A stretch of 34,103 nucleotides of DNA from a virus. Every line of letters starts with the position of its first letter. Position 1 is the first letter of the stretch. This document shows, in pieces, positions 31,678 through 34,103 of this stretch. Location of the stretch: the IMG/VR virus record IMGVR_UViG_3300047551_000990, one strand, 5' to 3'. Under the pieces are notes generated by a model. That model searched no databases. It was not told where the DNA came from and saw nothing but the letters and a program-made list of their open reading frames with translations. The position numbers and the translations under genes are program-made.

Positions 31678-31691
31678 AAATAAAAGAAAAT

Positions 31692-31727
31692 CCCCTACAC
31701 AGGAAAGGTGTCTGTGTAGGGGTTTTT
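31692..31727 (+). terminator. Rho-independent terminator, probably bidirectional, between convergent units.
   Basis: cccctacacag (31692-31702) pairs with ctgtgtagggg (31712-31722) across a 9-nt loop, followed by ttttt. The A-rich run aaaagaaaa on the other side would give a U-tract for the minus strand. Confidence 0.8.
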
Positions 31728-31747
31728 CCTATCGCTAGGGGTAAAGA

Positions 31748-32038
31748 TTATTGTTTATCTTGATTGCGTTTTATTTCAGACAGTTCGGCGGCAATACTTG
31801 CATATGCTGCCAAGTCCACAAAAGTGTCATCTTTTGAGTATTCGAAGTTTTGTTGCAGTCTGGCAATCTTCACCAGTGCCATACAGATTGCAACCTGCAT
31901 CGGCGATACTTCTGTCCCAAGGTATGCAGACCACAAGACTGCAATTCTTCTATGGTTCTCATAAGGTGCGCCGTAATCTTCTTGGCGGTCACCATACAAC
32001 AGCCTTTCGGCTTCTTTAAGAACTTCCCCCCGTTTCAT
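31748..32038 (-). CDS. Conserved phage hypothetical protein.
   Basis: MKRGEVLKEAERLLYGDRQEDYG...RRIAVLWSAYLG...ALVKIARL...DTFVDLAAYA is a widespread phage family pattern of unknown function. ATG at 32038 with an AAGGGAAAG RBS. Confidence 0.5.
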   Translation of the reverse strand: MKRGEVLKEAERLLYGDRQEDYGAPYENHRRIAVLWSAYLGTEVSPMQVAICMALVKIARLQQNFEYSKDDTFVDLAAYASIAAELSEIKRNQDKQ

Positions 32039-32042
32039 AGAA

Positions 32043-32240
32043 CTACTTTCCCTTGCGTCCGAATTCAGTTGCCTTTGGGTCAATCGCCTTTAATATAGGA
32101 CCGATAACTGCTGCTAAAAAGCAGGCTGCATAATCTTTCAAAGGGCGTGACGGGTCGGCGAGATAAAGGGCTGCAACTGCTGCTGCTCCTGCTCTTGCAT
32201 AGGTACTGGCGATTGCAATGATTTTTGTTTGGTCAAACAT
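32043..32240 (-). CDS. Holin-like small membrane protein (65 aa, two hydrophobic segments).
   Basis: MFDQTKIIAIASTYARAGAAAVAALYL...YAACFLAAVIGPILKAI. A perfect AAGGAG lies 5 nt upstream of the ATG at 32240. It is next to the endolysin gene and partly inside it. Confidence 0.5.
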   Translation of the reverse strand: MFDQTKIIAIASTYARAGAAAVAALYLADPSRPLKDYAACFLAAVIGPILKAIDPKATEFGRKGK

Positions 32241-32743
32241 TTGCACTCCTTGAACTTAGGTCTGCCAAATCCTACAATAAAAACTGGCAGAGATGGTTTG
32301 AGTTTCCCCCGATTTTTTACCTTGTAAGCACGAACCTTACGACATACTTGGCCACCATTGCGTTGGTCGCCTTTATTATCTGGTGCCGTGTTGCCTTCAA
32401 TTGTAATGACAGTTCCATTATCTTTGACGCTTTCAACGATTCCAATATGTGAGATGCGGTCAAGCGAATCGTTTGGGAAATCAAAGAAAGCCAAATCCCC
32501 TGGCATTGGCTCGGCGGTGGCGACATCTTGCCAGCGCTTTGCCTCGGCAAATGCCTTCGCCCCTGCTGGCGTGTAGGTACAGTCAGGTATTTTGACACCT
32601 GCCTGCTTTGCGCACCAATTGACGAATGCGCCACACCACGGCTGATTTGTCTTTTGATATTTCGTTTCATTATCGGCAGGGCCTTCAATGTAGTCAACTT
32701 CACCTGCTGCAACTTCTAAAAATCTATTTAATTGACCGCACAT
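32138..32743 (-). CDS. Endolysin, CHAP-domain peptidoglycan hydrolase.
   Basis: NQPWCGAFVNWCAKQAG (catalytic Cys), ISHIGIV (His), ITIEGNT. Confidence 0.8.
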   Translation of the reverse strand: MCGQLNRFLEVAAGEVDYIEGPADNETKYQKTNQPWCGAFVNWCAKQAGVKIPDCTYTPAGAKAFAEAKRWQDVATAEPMPGDLAFFDFPNDSLDRISHIGIVESVKDNGTVITIEGNTAPDNKGDQRNGGQVCRKVRAYKVKNRGKLKPSLPVFIVGFGRPKFKECKCLTKQKSLQSPVPMQEQEQQQLQPFISPTRHAL

Positions 32744-32957
32744 TTTTTGAGCCCCTTTTTGTTTTATTACTTACCAACAAACTATAAATTTCATCAACGC
32801 GTTCTTCTAGCCGATTAACTTGGTCCTTTAGGCTGGTGCCAGAGTTCGGCTTTAGTTCTGCTAGGTAATGTTGAACTAACCATTTAACACCAATGGCAAA
32901 TGAGCCAATAAGTGTGCTAACGGCAACGGCGATAGTTGCTATGTCTGCTGGTGTCAT
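32724..32957 (-). CDS. Lysis-associated membrane protein (N-terminal TM helix plus coiled coil), holin-like.
   Basis: MTPADIATIAVAVSTLIGSFAIGVKWLV, then KPNSGTSLKDQVNRLEERVDEIY. GAAGGAGA RBS upstream. A 20-nt overlap with the endolysin start. Confidence 0.5.
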   Translation of the reverse strand: MTPADIATIAVAVSTLIGSFAIGVKWLVQHYLAELKPNSGTSLKDQVNRLEERVDEIYSLLVSNKTKRGSKNVRSIK

Positions 32958-33010
32958 CGGTGCTTTTCTCCTTCAGCAAGACCTGCATTTCAAACAAGTC
33001 TATATGGTCA

Positions 33011-33163
33011 TCAATTGTTCGGTGTATCGGAAAGATTTGCGTTACTAAGTCCATTTTCTAACTTCTTTATTCTGGCCGCCAAGATTGCATTCTCTTGCGC
33101 CATTACCCCGATTTGTTGCCTCATTGCTGCCAATATCTCATTGACATCTATTTCTTCATTCAT
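33011..33163 (-). CDS. Small coiled-coil protein (50 aa), absent from the ORF track.
   Basis: MNEEIDVNEILAAMRQQIGVMAQENAILAARIKKLENGLSNANLSDTPNN. The ATG directly abuts the tail-fibre TAA. The frame was checked triplet by triplet. Confidence 0.45.
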   Translation of the reverse strand: MNEEIDVNEILAAMRQQIGVMAQENAILAARIKKLENGLSNANLSDTPNN

Positions 33164-34103
33164 TTATTCCCCCTTGAGTAGTGTGATTTCTTTGTGCAAT
33201 TTCTGTATTGCACCAACAAGATAGGGAATCATATTCCCATACCCCAATTTTTGATACACAGGCTGACCATTTTCATCAACAGCATCTTTTTGACCAGATA
33301 CGAAATTTGGGAAAACTTCAGCAAATTCGTGTGCAACAAAGCCAACAATGTCATTCTTGGTTTCATCTTCTATTTCATTGAATACGCGAACTCTGGCGCT
33401 AAGAACTTTATTGAGCGCATCATCATAGTCGCGGATATTTTCTTTCAATCTGTAGTCTGATGAACCTACAAGAACTGGAGCAACAGTATTTCCATAGACT
33501 TCTAATGTGCCTCTTGCTGTAGCATTTCTATAAAATTGCATAATAGGCACACTGGTGCCAGTTGTGGCAGTAACACCGTAAATATGTAAAATTAATGGTG
33601 TATCATTATTGCGACGTCCAATGATTGTGCCGCCCTGTGTCAACGCAGTGCCTTCTGTTGAATTTGTCGGACTGCTCGTTGCGGTTCCAGTGTAAATCGG
33701 CGCACCAGTTACTGTGACACCATTTTGAGCAGTAACAACACCGCTAGCAGTCATTGCACCAGTAGTCGTAATCAGGCCAGTAGCAGAAATGCTTGCTACT
33801 GCTGTTATTGCACCAGATGAATTGACCGTGAAACTTCCATCAACTGTTGCAATACTACCTGTTGCAGTAATAGTTCCACCGACATCAAGACCACTGCCAT
33901 CAACGATTGCATATCTACTAGCACTTTGAGCAATAGTTACTGCGCTTGCACCAACATAAAATTGAGGATATGAATTTCCAACAGGGTCAGCAGTAGCGCC
34001 ATAGTGAATCATTACCGAACCAGAAATTGCAGGCAAGATATGCCCATAGACAGTGCCAAGGTATTTGAAATACATTGAAGTTGTAGAACCATCTAAAGTT
34101 ACG
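33164..34103 (-). CDS. Tail fibre, C-terminal part, including a Peptidase_S74-type intramolecular chaperone domain (about 33164-33463). It is the same gene as 1..972.
   Basis: The frame is continuous with 1..972 through the 127-bp overlap. GSSDYRLKENIRDYDDALNKVLSARVRVFN...GFVAHEFAEVFP...MIPYLVGAIQKLHKEITLLK matches the S-D-x-R-x-K autoprocessing motif and the helical tail. The Met at 34075 in the ORF track is internal. Confidence 0.85.
   Translation of the reverse strand, partial: VTLDGSTTSMYFKYLGTVYGHILPAISGSVMIHYGATADPVGNSYPQFYVGASAVTIAQSASRYAIVDGSGLDVGGTITATGSIATVDGSFTVNSSGAITAVASISATGLITTTGAMTASGVVTAQNGVTVTGAPIYTGTATSSPTNSTEGTALTQGGTIIGRRNNDTPLILHIYGVTATTGTSVPIMQFYRNATARGTLEVYGNTVAPVLVGSSDYRLKENIRDYDDALNKVLSARVRVFNEIEDETKNDIVGFVAHEFAEVFPNFVSGQKDAVDENGQPVYQKLGYGNMIPYLVGAIQKLHKEITLLKGE
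33977..34103. repeat. Right copy of the exact 127-bp terminal overlap (identical to 1-127).
   Basis: Base-by-base identity with the window start. Confidence 0.95.

Noticed and set aside
1-34103. A lysogeny module (integrase, excisionase, CI-like repressor) or transposase.
   Set aside because: No ORF shows tyrosine- or serine-recombinase or DDE motifs. The only candidate regulators are the RHH, WhiB-HTH and Zn-ribbon/HTH proteins. A temperate lifestyle cannot be supported from the sequence.

Overview
The window is a complete, circularly assembled tailed dsDNA phage genome. Bases 1-127 are identical to 33977-34103, so the unique length is 33,976 bp. The tail genes indicate a siphovirus type: tape measure, tail-tube proteins, a G/GT-type chaperone and no sheath. 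A WhiB-like gene points to an actinobacterial host. No integrase, rRNA, canonical tRNA or CRISPR array is visible. Almost all genes lie on the minus strand in tightly coupled operons.

Minus-strand layout, right to left:
- Early and replication genes (30279->22079): small TM protein, Hjc-like nuclease, WhiB-HTH fusion, SLT-like transglycosylase, Cas4-like exonuclease, PrimPol-helicase, Zn-ribbon/HTH protein, endonuclease VII, HNH.
- terS and terL (21937->19965).
- An atypical block of about 8 kb between terL and portal (19955->11954). It holds a 691-aa collagen-like protein, two tandem glycine-rich proteins, three diverged paralogues, several small beta-rich proteins and a GT4 glycosyltransferase.
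- Portal, prohead-protease fusion, HK97-type major capsid protein, a GT-A glycosyltransferase, neck proteins, two tandem tail-tube paralogues, chaperone with a candidate -1 frameshift, tape measure and a Dit-like protein.
- A 594-aa tail fibre with a C-terminal S74-type intramolecular chaperone domain. This gene crosses the window junction.
- A lysis cassette (33163->31748).

A short divergent plus-strand operon (30443-31677) encodes seven tiny proteins and ends in a ribbon-helix-helix protein and a bidirectional terminator.

The most interesting signal is the fibre, glycine-rich and glycosyltransferase module inserted between terL and portal. Other points worth a second look are a GGTTCGGTT iteron and inverted-repeat cluster next to the replication gene, a tRNA-like T-arm/acceptor element, and several micro-ORFs absent from the ORF track. 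All functional calls rest on motif recognition by eye and on gene order. No database search was run.
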